64,000 nucleotides of DNA, from the NCBI RefSeq assembly GCF_009914755.1, contig NC_060936.1; one strand, 5' to 3'. Below the pieces are notes generated by a model. It had not been told where the DNA came from and did not search any database. It worked only from the letters and a program-made list of their open reading frames with translations. A program made the translations under genes and the position numbers. Shown piece by piece: positions 17,430-47,187 of the stretch. The number at the start of each line of letters is the position of its first letter. Positions within the stretch are counted from its first letter, which is position 1. The DNA is from the human T2T-CHM13v2.0 reference genome, Homo sapiens.

Positions 17430-18380
17430 CAACGAAGGCTAAGTTCCTCCTCCTGGGAAAGGCTAATCCTTACCCACAGACTTGGATCCCATCCCTTCTC
17501 AATTCTCAAGAACCTTTTTCCTCTGATTATCCCAATACATGTACCATCAATCTTCCTCCATGGATCATTCCCATTAGCATACCATCACATTTGAGTATTT
17601 CCCATCTTTTAAAAAGAAAGTCTTCCCACATCCGCCTTCAACTACTGCTATACTTCTCTGTACCTTTCATAACTAAAAGTCTTTATACACAGAATCTCTA
17701 TTTCCTCACTTCCAATTCATTCCTTCAACCAAGACAGTTCAGCTTTCACTACAACACACCATGGCAAGTACTTGTCATGGTCACCAATGACTTCCATGTA
17801 GCCAAACTCAGTGGTCACTTCTCAGGGCTCATCTTACTTCTGTTTTCAGGAGCACTCAACCCAACTGTAACTCCTAAATTTACCACTCTCTTCTCTGGAT
17901 CCTGAATACTCTTACCTGATTTTCTTCCTACCTCACTGGCAACATCTTCTCAACTCCCTTGTGGCAACCCTCCCCCTCTACAAAATCTCTGGACTTGATT
18001 TTTGGCTCTTCTCTTTCTACACTTTCAGAAGATCTCATTAAGTCCCATACATTTAAGTATCTCTTTATTCTGATGACTCCCAAATGTGTCTACTAGGCCT
18101 AGACTTGTATATTGATTTGCATATTTAATACCTACCTAACACTGCCTTTGGGATGTCTCTCAGAGATACCAAATGGACCAAGTCCAATATAAAACTCTTG
18201 ATCTTATTCTAAACATAACTAGCCTATCCCCCTTTCTCAGCAAATGGCAACACCATCCAACAAAATATTCAAACCAGAACTATTGAAGGCATCCTAGATT
18301 GATCCTTTCCCTTATCCTCATGTTCCTTAGCAAGTCCTATACATTTTTATCTATAAAATATATCTTGAGTTCATGTTCTC
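17430..18380 (-). mobile_element. L2 LINE fragment
   Basis: Pyrimidine-rich L2 antisense signature (gtcaccaatgacttccatgtagccaaactcagtggtcacttctc; gatgactcccaaatgtg; aaatggcaacaccatcca). Confidence 0.75.
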
Positions 18381-18809
18381 TTCAGTAGAGGATAGAAATT
18401 TAGAGGACAGGCTCTGGAGGTAAGCTACTAGAATTTATATGACAGTAATAATTGCTAGCATTTATTGAGCACTTACTAGTTGCCTGACACTACCCTAATT
18501 ATTTTACATATATAAACTCATTTAATCTTCATAACAATCTCACAAGGTAAGTACTATTATTATTACCTCCATTTTAAAGAGAAGCATGGAGGTGTTAAGC
18601 AATTTGCCCAATCCTGTTGGGGCCAGAATTCAAACCCCTAAGTTTGGTTTCAGATGTCACTATGCTAGGCTGTCTCTTGGAAAAGATAGACCAAAGATGG
18701 GGAGTTGAAAGCTATTCAACAGTCCAGGTAAGAAACAATGAGAATTTGACCCAGCAACGAAAGTACAGATACAAAGCAGACAAATTCAAGAAATATTCAG
18801 ATAAGACCT

Positions 18810-21560
<2,751 letters not shown>

Positions 21561-21919
21561 CTCCTATAATCCCTCTGCCTGGAATATATTTCTCCTCCAC
21601 CTTTGCAGGGCCAAATCTTACCCTTCTTTCAGATACCACCTTAGGAGGCAGAAGTAGTATTTCTGTGTTCTGAATTCCTATAGCACTTCAAGTGCTTTTA
21701 GCATATTTATTTCCAGCCTGTATCACATTTATTTATATACATGTCTTATCTTCTCCATCAAATTGTAAGCAAATGAAAGACAGAAACCTGTTTATTTAGA
21801 TTCAGCACCTGCATATGGGAGCATATGGTGAAGACAAAGCTACAGAATCAAGTTGTACAAAACCAAGTACATAGTAGGCACTCAAGTGTTTGCTGAATGA
21901 TAGAGTAAAAATCTGCTTA

Positions 21920-22237
<318 letters not shown>

Positions 22238-22474
22238 TCAAAAAAAAAAGAAAGAAAGAAAGAAAGAAAATTAAACCATTGGTGAAAGGAAAACTGGAAC
22301 ACCAATTTGTGTACACAAAGTCCCAAGTTTATTCTGTTAGGTTCTACTTGAGGCATAGTGAGAGTCGACTATCAGCAACAAATGGAAACTACTATGAACA
22401 AGGCAGATAAAGGGAGACCAGGATAGGAAGAGGTGGGGGGGGGAAAGAGAGAAGGTGACAAAGTAGAGGGAAGG

Positions 22475-24327
<1,853 letters not shown>

Positions 24328-25024
24328 AAAGTAGAAGGAAGGAATGGCAGCACTGCTGCTTTGTAGGTTGTTTTCCATAATAAGAGGAGGACAAGAAAAG
24401 TGTAGGAAAGCAAAGAAAATTTATGAACTTACAGTAAAAAGGAGTAACAGCATAACTTAAAAGAATGAAGAAATAGATTACGTGTTAGATAAATTTTTTC
24501 TTAATTTTTTTTCTTTTTTTTCGAGATGGAGGCTCGCTCTGTCACCCAGGCCGGAGTGCAGTGGCACGATCTTTGCTCACTGCAATCTCTGCCTCCCAGG
24601 TTCAAGCGATTCTCGTGCCACATCCTCCTGAGTAGCTGGGACTACAGGCATGCATCACCACGCTCAGCTAATTTTTTGCATTTTTAGTAGAGACGGGGTT
24701 TCGCCATGTTGGCCAGGCTGGTCTAGAACTCCTGGCCTCAGGTGATCCACCTGCCTCAACTTCCCAAAGTGCTGGGATTACAGGGTGAGCCACCGCACCT
24801 AGCCTTTAATTTGTTATAAGGTATTTTAGACATAAAAAAGATAAAACAGTGTAACAAATGACTGTGTACACTCTAGGCAGCTTAAGATACAGCATTAACA
24901 GTTGAAGCCCCCTATATTTTTCCTCAGTTACATCCCCTCCAACTCCCAGAGGCAACATTATCCTGAATTTGCACTTAATCATTCTCAGCATGTCTTTATA
25001 TTTTTACAGCAGTGCCATCTTTTA

Positions 25025-25388
<364 letters not shown>

Positions 25389-25719
25389 TTAAAAAGTAAT
25401 GGATAACGTTTGCAGCAAAACAGGGTGAATCTCATCTAAATACACTGTCCATCATAACAGACTTAGAATGAAAGGGAAAGTAAAGAACAGTAACAACTGA
25501 CCAACTCTGAGACAAAGAGAGAAGATTTGGAAGATGGACAGATGATAATTGAAGTGGGGAGAAATGAAGAAAAAAAGTACTGAAAAATCACAGCAAACAA
25601 CAACAACAAAAGGGCAAAAATCAGTCTCAATAAAGAGACTTAGGTCTCAATGAAGAGAGACAGTTGCCTCAGGAACTGCTATAGTACTTGCCTTTTTTAA
25701 GAAAATGGAGATAGTGAAT

Positions 25720-26240
25720 TCATTCATTCAACACATCAGCGCAAACTACTTATTAGGCACTATTCTAACAGTAGGCAGAGGGTAGAGAACAAAAGAAAAT
25801 CCCTTCTTTTATGAAGCATGAAGTTGGGGAGAGAAGCCAACAAATGAATTACACATCAGATGTTAGGGAAGAAATAAAGCAGAGGGGGTAAAGAAAGCAA
25901 GGAGTGCTGGTGAGGGGGAGGAGGCTCTTGCTATTTTATGTGAAGGACATTAGAAGGCCTCTCTGATAAAAAGACATGTGAGCAGAAACCTAAAGGAAGT
26001 AAGGAACATACAGGAATGTTTCGGGAAGAGTAACTGCAAATGCAAAGACACTGAGGTGAGACTGGAGCCCTAAGACCAGGTGCGGCTGCAGCAGAGCAAG
26101 CCAGGGGAAGAGTATATTCAATGGCTGGAGGAGCAGACCATATGGATCCTTGACAGACCTGTGGCTTTTATTCAGTGAGATGTGAAGCCACTGGACAGTT
26201 TTTAGGAGAAAAGTAGCATGATCTGATGAACATTTTAAAG
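25720..26240. mobile_element. L2 fragment (3' region)
   Basis: ttcattcattcaac...ttattaggcactattcta...ttttattcagtgagatgtgaagccactgga. Confidence 0.65.
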
Positions 26241-26285
26241 AAAGTGATCATATAATTTATCACTAAAACAGGTACACCTTGGTGA

Positions 26286-26546
<261 letters not shown>

Positions 26547-26649
26547 TAGCCAGGATGCTCTCGATCTCCTGACCTTGTGATCCGCCCGCCTCGGCCTCCC
26601 AAAGTGCTGGGATTACAGGCGTGAGCCACCGCGCCCGGCCAATACCTAA

Positions 26650-27670
26650 TTTTAAAAGGCTTCTCTGAGTGCAAGTCATTTTGAAGGGATTCCTGCTGGC
26701 CAAACCTGGAACACTGTCATCAAAATATATAGTGATAGAAGATTACATTGTATTCAATAAAGTAAGAATCTATGAGTCTACATTGATAAAAAATAATAGG
26801 AACAGAAAGCTCTTTCTTACAGTAGAAAGCCAACTAATAAATGTAGAGGGAAGGCAAAAAGAGAAAATCACTTGGCAACGATCATAAAGATAACTGATTA
26901 GGGCAAGAATCATCTGAATGCTAAAATTAACAGGTGAAAAGTTTGAGAACAGGATATTTACATAGTCTCAAAACATCTCCCAAGACATTATTACAAAAGG
27001 CAAATGAATAACTTTATGATGGAGAAAACTGGACCCTACCACTCAAGTAACACTGCCAGTAATAGAAGCAATAAATAGCATGTGCATCCTAATATGATAC
27101 GCAGAGAACTCAGCATCACTTCTTAGGTATTAATGCCCAACGTGCATAACCTGAATCTAACCACGAGGAAACAACAGACAAAAACAAATTGAAGGATGCT
27201 CTACAAAATAACTACCCTGCACTTATCAAATTGTCAGTGTCATAAAAATACAAGGAACAAGAACTGTTCCAGATTAAAGGAGATGAAAGAGACAAGGTCA
27301 CTGAATCAACACATCATATTGGATATTCTTTTACTATAATGGATATTATTAGGACAACTGACAAAATCTGAATAAGGTCTATAGATTATAGCATTGTGTC
27401 AGCGTTAAGTTCCCGATTTTGATCATTATACCATAGTTATGTAAGACAATTTGTTTTTAAAAAATACAAACTGAAGTATTTAGGTGTTTGGGGCGCCACA
27501 TCTGCCTTTTACCTTTAAATCATTCAGAAAAAAATAATTCTGAGTGTGTAAGAAATTCTGAGAACGAGAAGGATAAAGCAAATATATTAAAATATTATCC
27601 TTTGGGGAATCCAGGTGAAAGGTTTTCACAAATTCTTTGTAGTATTCATGCAAATATTATACAAGTCTGA
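26650..27670 (+). mobile_element. L1MC-like 3' UTR fragment
   Basis: cataacctgaatctaaccacgaggaaacaacagacaaa; ttccagattaaaggaga; ends tgaaattatt. Confidence 0.6.
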
Positions 27671-28079
27671 AATTATTTTTTCCCAACTGCTTTTTATTGT
27701 GATAAAATACACATAACAAAATTTACTATCTTAATCACTTTTAAGTGGACAGTTCAGTGGTATTAAGTACAATCATATTGTTGTACAACCATCACCATCA
27801 TCCATCTCCAGAACTCTTTTCATCTTGCAAGGCTGAAACTCTTATAGCCACTGAACAGTAACTAGCCCCTGGCAACCATCATTGGTGGTGATACTTTCGC
27901 AGCTAGCTGAGGGATCAGGACTTGGGCAAAGGAGAACTATTTGCATTCTTTTTGTTTTCCATTTTTAAAATCTGTAGTAAAATATACATAATACAGTGTT
28001 GGCTGGGCACAGCAGCTCATGTTTGTAATTCCAGCACTTTGGCAGGCCAAGGCAGGGGGATGGCTTGAGGCCAATTCTA

Positions 28080-28325
<246 letters not shown>

Positions 28326-29110
28326 CTATATCAATGCTTCAATCTGTAATATTTTAACCATTTTTAAGTATACACGTCAGTGCTATTAAGTACGTTCACC
28401 ACTATCCATTTTCAGAACTTTTCATCATCCCAATCTAAAATTCTGTGCCCATTAAACAAGAACTACTCACTCTCCCCTCTCCTGGTTAACCACTATTCAA
28501 CATTCTATCATTATGAATTTGACTACTTGAGGTATTTCATGGCAGTGGAATCATATATTTATCATTTCGTGTCTGACATTTCACACACCATAATGTCCCA
28601 ATGTTTATCCATATTATACTACACATCAGAATCTCCTTCCTTTTCAAGCCTGAATAATATTCCATCATATGTATACATTATATACATTTTGTTTATCTAG
28701 GTTCCTTCCACCTTTTGGCTGTTGTGAATAATGTTGTTAAACATGGGTGTACAAATAGCTGCTCAAGTCGCTGCTGTCAATTGTCTTGAATATACACTCA
28801 GAAGTGAAACAGTTGTATCATAATTCTACATTTAATTTTTTTGAGGAACCACGATACTGTTTTCCACAGTGAATGCACCATTTTACATTGCCACCAGCAA
28901 TACATAAAGGTTCCAATTCCTCTACATTCTTGCCAACACCTGTTACTTTGATTTTTTACTAGCAGCCATCCTAAAGGCTGAATAATATTCCATTGTATGT
29001 ACTTACAACATTTTGCTTATACATTCATCCCTTGATCAATGGGCTATACCTATGAACACTAAGTACACAAATATCTCTTAGAGACCCTGCTTTCAATTAT
29101 TTTGAGTATA

Positions 29111-29739
<629 letters not shown>

Positions 29740-29772
29740 AACCTCCACAAGTAGAATTACAGGATGATATGG

Positions 29773-30330
29773 TGTGATGATTTTTAGGTGTCAACTTGAC
29801 CGGATTAAAGGATACTTAAAAAGCGGGTAAAGCATGATTTCTGACTGTATCTGTGAGAGTGTTTCCAGAGAAGACTGGTGTGTGAGTAGGTTGATTGAGG
29901 GAGTAAGATCCATCCTCAATGTGGGAGGGCAACATCTAAAGGGCTGGGTGCCCAGATAGAACAAAAAGGCAGAGTAAAGGTAAATTCATTTTTTCTCCTG
30001 GGGCTGGGACATCCTTCTCCTGCCCTTTGATATCAGTACTCCAAGTTCTCCAGCCTTTGGACCCCAGGACTTACACCAGTAGCCTCTCAGGTTTTCAGGC
30101 CTTCAGCCTCGGTCTGAGAGTTATGCCATTGGTTTCCCTGGTTCTGAGGCTTTGAGACTTAGATTGAGCCATGCTACTGGCATCCCTGGTTCTCTAGTTG
30201 CAGATGGCCTATCACAGCCTTCTTAGTTTCCATAATTGAGTAAGCCAATTCCCCTAATAAATCCCCTCTCATTCACCCATCCATCCATCTATATCCTATT
30301 GGTTTTGTCTCTCTGGAAAATCCTGATACA
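29773..30330 (+). mobile_element. MLT2 (ERVL) solo LTR
   Basis: TG...CA ends, gtgtcaacttgac.ggattaag 5' motif, aataaa near the 3' end, 5-bp TSD TATGG at 29768-29772 and 30331-30335. Confidence 0.85.
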
Positions 30331-30656
30331 TATGGTAATTTTATTTTTAATTTTTGGAAGAACCACCAGTTTTTCACATAGGCTATGCCATTTGACACGA
30401 CTAACAACAGTGTACAGTGGTTCCAATTTTTCCATGTCCTTCCCAACAATTATTTTCTGCTGTTCTTGATAGCAGCCATCCTAATGGGTGTGAGGTAGCA
30501 TCTTGGAGTTTTGACTTGCATTTCCTTAATTAGCAACATTGAGTATCTTTTCATGTGCTTATTGGTCATGGTGTATAATCCTTTTAATATGCTGTTAAAT
30601 CTGGTTTGCTGGTATTTTGTTGATGATTTTTACATCAATGTTTCTAAGAAATGTTA

Positions 30657-30947
<291 letters not shown>

Positions 30948-31020
30948 TCAAAAAAAAAAAAGAAAGAACTATTAGTCCATAGATTTCTTATAGCATCTTT
31001 GTAGGGCTTTGGCATCAAGA

Positions 31021-31442
31021 CTATTCATCCATTTTGCATTGCTATAAAGGAATACCTGAGGCTGGGTAATTTACAAAGTAAAGAGGTTTATTTGGCTTAT
31101 GGTTCTGCAGGCTGTACAAGAAGCAGATACTTATGGTGCCAGTATCTGCTTCTGATAAGTACCTCAGGAAACTTTCAATCATGGCAGAAGGTGAAGGAAG
31201 AGCAGGTATGTCACATGGCAACAGAGGAAGCAAGGGGGGGGGAGGTGCCACACTTAAACAACCAGCTCTTGAGTAAACTAATAGAGCAAAAATGCACTCA
31301 TTACCATAGGGACCACACCAAGCCATTCCTGAGGGATAAACCCCCATGACCCAAACACTTCCCACTAGGCCCCACCCACCTCCAACACTGCAGATCAAAT
31401 CTCAACTTGCGATTTGGAGGGACACATATCCAAACTATGTCA
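31021..31442 (-). mobile_element. MST (MaLR) solo LTR, MSTA-like
   Basis: ttgctataaaggaatacctgaggctgggtaattta...atggcagaaggtgaagg...catatccaaactatgtca. Confidence 0.85.
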
Positions 31443-31757
31443 AAGATAATGCTGACTTCACAGAATGAATTAGTGAGTGTTCTTTCCTCTTCAATGTTTT
31501 GAAAAGTCTGAGATGGATTGGTGTTAGTTCTTCTTGAAATGTTGATAGAATTCACCAGCGAAGTCATCAGGTCCAGAGATTTCTTTGTTGGGACATTTTC
31601 GATTACAAATGCAATCTCCCTATGAGTTATGAGACTATTTACATTTTCTATTTCTTAGTAGTTTAGTCTTGGTAGGTTTTGTGTTTCTAGGATGTGACCA
31701 TTTCATCTAGGTTACCCAATTTGTTGGTGTACAATTGGTTTATTAATCTTTTTCCCC

Positions 31758-31867
31758 AAAAAACTAGTCAAGTGCAGTAGTAAGGATAGGGGAAAGAGTA
31801 GAACAAGTTCTATCTGTAACTGACTGTCAACAATCAATTAAGACAATTCACTATCTCCAGACCAGCC
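31758..31867 (-). pseudogene. Y RNA (RNY1-derived) pseudogene, near full length
   Basis: Reverse complement GGCTGGTCTGGAGATAGTGAATTGTCTTAATTGATTGTTGACAGTCAGTTACAGATAGAAC..TTGTTCTACTCTTTCCCC..TACTGCACTTGACTAGTTTT matches RNY1. Flanked by a TACAATTG.TT TSD (from 31730 and 31868). Confidence 0.92.
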
Positions 31868-31923
31868 TACAATTGCTTATCGTACTCTATTATAATCTCT
31901 TTTTTTTTCTTTTTTTTTTTTGA

Positions 31924-32028
<105 letters not shown>

Positions 32029-32031
32029 TAA

Positions 32032-32247
<216 letters not shown>

Positions 32248-32808
32248 TAGGTAGAATGCCGTGGAACAATCATGGTTAACTGCAGCCTTGAATTCCTGGA
32301 CTAAAGCAATCCTTCTGCCTCAGCCTTTCGAGTAGCTAGGACTACAGGAATGTGTTATTTTTTTGTATAGACAGGGTCTCAGTATGTTGTCCAGGCTGGT
32401 TTGAGCTCGTGGGCTCAAGTGATACTCCCATTTCAGCCTTCAAAAGCATAGAGATTACACATGTGAGCTGCCATGCCCAGCCTACCCTTTCCATTTCTGT
32501 GGAATTGAGGGTAATATTCCCACTTTCATTTTTATCTTTAGTATTTCAGTAATTTGAGTTTTTTCTTTTCTTTTTTTTTTTTTTTTTTTTTTTTTGAGAC
32601 AGAGTCTCGCTCTATTGCCCAGGCTGGAGTACAGTGGCATGATCCTGGCTCACTGCAACCACCGCCTGCCTCCTGGGTTCATGCGATTCTCCTGCCTCAG
32701 CCTCCCAAGTAGCTGGGATCATAGGCGTGTACTAATTTTTGTATTTTTAGTACAGACAGGATTTTGCCATGTTGGCCACGCTGGTCTCGAACTCCTGACC
32801 TCAGGTGA

Positions 32809-33024
<216 letters not shown>

Positions 33025-33404
33025 TAGTAGCTAGGACTACAGGAATATATCACCATGCCCAGCTAATTTTCCTTCTTTTATTATTTTTTGTAGAGACGAG
33101 GTCTTGCTATGTTGCCCAGGCCAGTCTTGAACTCTGACCTCAAGAGAGCCCCCCCATTCCTAAAGCACTGGTATTACAGGTATAAGCCACCATGCCTGGC
33201 CTCCATTATAATCTTATAGGACCACTGTTATCTATTCGGTCTGTCACTGACCAAAACATCATTATTCAGTACATGACTTTACTGAGGCTTCCACCCACCC
33301 CTGGGCATACATAATGACTTCTTAATTTCTCCCATCTATTTGGTTCCTTTTGATCATCCTAGTCATCAGTATCTGTTTTTTTGTTTGTTTGTTTTTTAAG
33401 ATAG

Positions 33405-33755
<351 letters not shown>

Positions 33756-34891
33756 TAAATCTCCTGGACATCGGCCAGGTGCGGTGGCTCAAGCCTGTAA
33801 TCACAGCACTTTGGGAGGCCGAGGCGGGAGAATCACAAGGTCAGGAGTTCAAGACCAGCCTGGCCAACATGGTGAAACCCTCTCTCTACTAAAAATACAA
33901 AAAAAAAAAAAAAAAAAATTAGCCAGGCGTGGTGGTAGGCGCCTTTAATCACAGCTACTCAGGAGGCTGAGGCAGGGGAAAAGCTTGAACTCAGGAGGCG
34001 GAGGTTGCAGTGAGCCAAGATCATGCCACTGCACTCCAGCCTGGGCATCATTGTGAGACTCTGTCTCAAAAAAAAAAAGAAAAAGAAAAAAAAAAAGAAA
34101 TCTACTGGACATCACTTCAGTGGTGGTAGTGGGGGAATTTGCAACAAAGTGGTGAGATGCAACAATAACCATTGCCTCTTTGCAACTCTGTGATCAAAAC
34201 CAGCAATTCTTTCTTTTATTTTTAATTTATTTTTTATTTTTTTTTGAGACCGAGTCTCGCTCTGTCACCCAGGCTGGAGTGCAATGGCGTGATCTTGGCT
34301 CACTGCAAACTCCCGCCTCCCAGGTTCAAGCGATTCTCATGCCTCAGCCGCCCAAGTAGCTGGGATTACAGGCGCCCACCACCATGCCCAGCTAATTTTT
34401 GTATTTTTAGTAGAGACGGGGTTTCACCACATTGGCGAGGCTGGTCTCGAACCCACCTCAGCCTCCCAAAGCGCTGGGATTGCAGGCGTGAGCCACCGTG
34501 CCTGGCCAGAAGCATCAATTCCGACCGGAGCACAGATTTCTGAAATTTGGGTTTGTTTTTAGAGACAGGGTATCACTATGTTGCCCAGGCTGGCCTCAAA
34601 CTCCCAGGCTCAAGCAATCCTCTCGCCTCAGCCTCCCAAAGTCCTGGGGACCAGCCACTGCACTTGATCCAGATTCCTCATATTTGGAAGAGATGGTCCT
34701 TTCTGCCCACCTTAGGTTCCACAAACTACATGCAAGCTGCTCCAGGAACATGTGCACAGCTGCCTGCCATGGGGCTGAGGGATGTGGATGGGCAGCTGCT
34801 ATTGTGCTAAGCGCTGAAACTGACTGAAATTAACCAAAATTTACCATCCAGGATTGGATGGTAAATTGCAGTTAATTCCTCACAGTTGTAA

Positions 34892-35299
<408 letters not shown>

Positions 35300-35499
35300 T
35301 AGGCGTGAGCCACCGCGCCCAGCTGTGAATTTTTTTTTTTTTACTCCGCTTTTTCCATGTTAAGAATGAAATTATCTTTTAAGTGAAAAAAACATAGGCA
35401 CTGGCACTTACAAAGGGTTCTTTCTGTGTAGAGAACAGATTGGATGAGTGTGTGTGCGCGCATACACTGAGAAGGAGGGTTGGATCAACTAAATCGGTG

Positions 35500-40350
<4,851 letters not shown>

Positions 40351-40359
40351 AGCAAAAGT

Positions 40360-40672
40360 TCAAAGACATTATGCTAAGTGAATAAGTCAGTCACAAAAGG
40401 ACAAATATATGATCCCACGTATATGAGGTTTTTAGAGTAGTCAAATTCATAGACACAGAAAGTAGAATGGTGGTTGCCAGAGGCTGGAGTGGGGGGAGAT
40501 GGGAAGTTAGTGTTTAATAGGTACAGCATTTCACTTTGGGATGAAAAAGTTCTGAAGACAGATCATGGTGACAGTTGTACAACAACGTAAATGTACTTAA
40601 TTACACTGATCTGGACATTTTTAAAGGGTTAAAATGATAGAATTTTATGTTATGTGTATTTTACCACAATAA
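40360..40672 (+). mobile_element. L1MB-type 3' end
   Basis: gacattatgctaagtgaaataagtcagtcacaaaaggacaaata...atgttatgtgtattttaccacaataaa. Confidence 0.8.
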
Positions 40673-40743
40673 ACACACACATACACACATATTCAGCAAA
40701 CTAGGAATAGAAGGAAACTTATTTAACACTAAAACGGCATTTA

Positions 40744-41241
<498 letters not shown>

Positions 41242-41377
41242 TTAACATCTGTGAACAGCCTGGGCAACATAGCATGACCCTGCCTCAAAAGAAAAAAAAA
41301 GGAAAGAAAAAAAAGATGACATCTCTGACTGTGGGTCACTATATTAACAGATGCTTAAAGTTGTTTTTCAGGAATTA

Positions 41378-41795
41378 GGGGACAGCTCTTACCCAGTTGA
41401 GACCACCAATCCCTCAACTGGACCTGCATGAGTGCCCAAAAAGTGACCTTTTCATGTCAGAGGGACAAAAACTCCACACTTAGATCATGTTAACACTGCC
41501 ATTTTCTGCACATGGCCTATGAAGAGCAATGTAGCTCAATTACGCTTGTGCAGAAACCTTGATTACCTCACCTTTCCTACCTGCCAATCACCTTTCCCCA
41601 TGCTTTAGACCACCCTGCGTCCTACCCCACAAATACTGCCAAGCCCTATTTTCAGGGTGCCAGATTTGGGATTTGCTCTCCTGTCTCCTCATTCAGCAGC
41701 CCTATGAATAAAATCTTGTCTCTTTTGCAAAACCCATCATCATAGTGATTGGCTTGCTGCACGTGGGCAGGACGAACCTAGTTTGATATCATAAC
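41378..41795 (+). mobile_element. ERV1-class LTR (family uncertain)
   Basis: LTR-like layout: cacaaata box, aataaaatc poly(A) signal, U5-like tgattggcttgctgcacgtgggcag. Confidence 0.5.
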
Positions 41796-42269
41796 CATCA
41801 TCACAAACAATTTTAGAACATTTTTAACACCCTGAAAAGAAACTCCATTCCCACTAGTAGTCCCTCTCCATTCCCTCCTCCTCCATAGTTCTAGTCAACC
41901 ACTAATTTATTTTCTCTACAGATCTGCCCATTCTAGAAATGTCATAGAAATGGAATCATATGTATGTGGTCTTTTGTGACTGGCTCCTTCACTTATCATG
42001 TATTCACAATGAATCTCCTTTTCCTTTTAGTATAAAGTTTGTGCCACAATAAAAATATAAGAAAAAAAGAATAATAAAAGGACCACTAATAAGGATTAAA
42101 TAAATCTAATTAAGATGACTCTTTATAAAATACAAATTAATAGATTTGAAGATGAAACCATTATAAGATGCAACAGAAAATAAACTAGGGTAAAACAAAT
42201 GTGTCAGAGAAGATATTTTATAAAACAAATTGCTTGTCAAAGAGAGTATTTTCCCTAATAAAGATGTAG

Positions 42270-42518
<249 letters not shown>

Positions 42519-43318
42519 TGATCTGCCTGCCTCAGCCTCCCAAAGTGCTGGGATTACAGGTGTGCACCACCATGCCTGGCCTGATTGACTCTTAGAACCA
42601 GTTGGCAAAGATTATTGCTGGAGGGTGGCACACTAAGATCCAAGGTCTTATTAAAAGGAGAAATAGGCCTGGGAACCGCGGCTGACATGTGTAATTACAG
42701 CAATTTGGGAGGCCAAGGTGGGAGGATCTCTTAAGGTCGGGAGTTAGAGATCAGCCTGAGCAACACAGCAAGATCTAGTCTCTACAAAAAGTAGAAAAAC
42801 TGGCCAGGTGTGGTGGTGTGACCCTGTAGTCCTAGCCAGTCAGGAGGCTGCAGCAGGAAGATCACTTGAGCCCAGGAGTTTGAGGCTGCAATGAGCTACA
42901 ATCACGCCACTGCACTCTAGCTTGGGTGACAAGAGTGAGATGTCGCCTCCAAAAACATAAATAATAAGACAAAATTAAAATTAAAAAAAATAAAAATCAG
43001 GGCTGGGCACAGTGGCTCACACCTATAATCCCGGCACTTTGGGAGGCCAAGGGGGAAGAACTGTTTGAGCCCAGGAGTTCCAGAACAGCCTGGTCAACAT
43101 AGGGAGACCCTGTCTCTGCAAAACATTTAAAAATCAGCCAGACATGGTATCTCATGACTGTACCCCCAGGTGCACTCCAGCCTAGGGGACAGCTACTTGG
43201 GAGGACTGCTTGAGCTCAGGAATTCGAGGCAGCAGTGAGCTGTGATTGAGCCACTACACTCCAGCCTTGGCGACAAAGCAAGACCTCAACTCTAATGAAT
43301 AAATAATCAGATTTCTAG

Positions 43319-44034
<716 letters not shown>

Positions 44035-44122
44035 TAAAATTTGAAGACCAATATCTAATTAACACAAATTAATAGAATAGATTAAATGTGTATAAGTCAA
44101 GAGAGCTGGGTGCAGTGGCTCA

Positions 44123-44476
<354 letters not shown>

Positions 44477-45222
44477 TTATATGCCTATAGTCTCAGCTAC
44501 TCGGAAGGCTGAAGTGAGAGGATCACTTGAGCCCGGGAGATGGAAGTTCTACTGAGCCGAGATGGTGCCACTGCACCCCAGCCTGAGTGACAGAACAGGA
44601 CCCGTCTCAAAAAGAAAAGAAAAGAAGAAAGTACTTAAAATGTTGGCACACTATACTCTCAAGAACTCAAAGTGATGTTTGAAACTTGTGCATTTGATTT
44701 TGATGTTGAAAAAACTAAATGTGTAAATATGCAAGCCATTCTAATGTCTGTGAAAAACACAGAGTATGATTTGTAAAGAACTCTTAATTAAATGTAAGAT
44801 GGCATAGTATCAAGAGCATATGGTATTGCACCTAGTAGATTAACAAATGTTTGCTGGTGATGTTAACTATTTTTATAATGAGTACAGTTATATTTAATTA
44901 TTTCCAGCCTAACCTCTGGTAACCTAAACAAAATCAAACTTTTTGCTGTGAATATCTTTACACAAGTAACAGCATAAAAAATTGTCAAATATTATGTCAG
45001 ACGCTCATGTGTAAGTTCAGGGTCAGGGCACTTACTTTCAGACCAAATTAACCTCTGTTTTTATGCTCAGACTTACATAAACAAGGATAGGTAAAACCAA
45101 AGTTAAATTTCTCATGACTAAGAACACTGCATGATAGAACATATGGAACTCAAGTTTCCCTGAAAATCACTAAAATATTTATATAACGATAGTATTTTTT
45201 TCCAATTTTTCTTAATTTTTAA

Positions 45223-45429
<207 letters not shown>

Positions 45430-45585
45430 TGAACTCCTTGGCTTCAAGAGATCCTCCAGTCTCCACCCCCCAAAGTGCTGGGATTACAGGCATGATTATT
45501 ATTTAGAATAATAGTCTTTATTATTCTAAGTAAAGATTCCTGAAGATGCTGAAGTATTAAATTCTCTCCCCCTTTTTTTTTTTGA

Positions 45586-45693
<108 letters not shown>

Positions 45694-46232
45694 TAGCTGG
45701 GATTACAGGCGTGCGCCACCACACCCGTCTAATTTTTTGAATTTTTAGTAGAGACGGGGTTTCACCATGTTGGCCAGGCTGTTCTCGAACTCCTGACCTC
45801 GTGATCCGCCCACCTCAGCCTACCAAAGTGCTGGGATTACAGGCATGAGCCACCGTGCCCGGCCTGAAGTATTAAATTCTAACTCATAATTTTACTTCAG
45901 TGAGGTAAGTCTACTTTGAATTGGCAGGAATAAAGGAACTTTATATAACTCTTAAAAGATCTCATTATCAGAATGAAAAATGCATCTACTTTCCCCCTAA
46001 AAAGCATCTTTCCCCTATGAACTCATAAACCCAATGAAAATGTTAAGTTCTAGTCTCTTGACTCACTTATTTAGATTAAGTCTTAATAATGCATTAGGAA
46101 ACCCAATTATAGTCCATCTACCCCTAAGATGCAGCTGTTTCAACATTTCCATACAGGATTCTTACACATCTATAAATGAAATAAACTATACTGGAGGAAT
46201 GAAGCAGCCAATGCATGCAACAAGTTATATAG

Positions 46233-46607
<375 letters not shown>

Positions 46608-47187
46608 TAAAGATCCAGAAGCATCTTAAGTTTTCTTCGTCACTTTTTCATTTCACAGCTTATGTTTTAAAAGTCAGAAATCCCAGAATTAAGTAAAGTC
46701 TTAAAGCAAGCTAGTGGTAAGATAGAGCTGTACGGACTTCTTCATCAAGGACTTCCATATCTTTCCAACAAGAAACGAACCAATATTCATCATTAAGCAC
46801 CAGCTCCCAATTTCCCAACTTCCTAGATACCATTCCTATGCTATATGTAACCCTTCTTCACACAACGTCAGACTTACCCACACATACACCATCAGTCCCC
46901 AAGTCTCCCACATTGGCACAAAAGCCTCTCAACATTCATCTGGTTACTAATCAGGGACCACTTCCTTCTTCCACTGATTCTGCACAGGCTTCATATCGCC
47001 TACAATCGCTTTTTCCATTTCTTCCACAACACTAACTACTCAAAGCGACAAAAGAACAAGTCCCTTTTCCCCAATCGTAAACAGCTTTTTAAAACTCTAT
47101 ACACCTCCTTCCCACTCAACCCCTTTTCTTAGTGTCTATCCGCCTTTGTTATTCAGAAGGTGTAGGGTCTGGGAAAATCTCACTCAC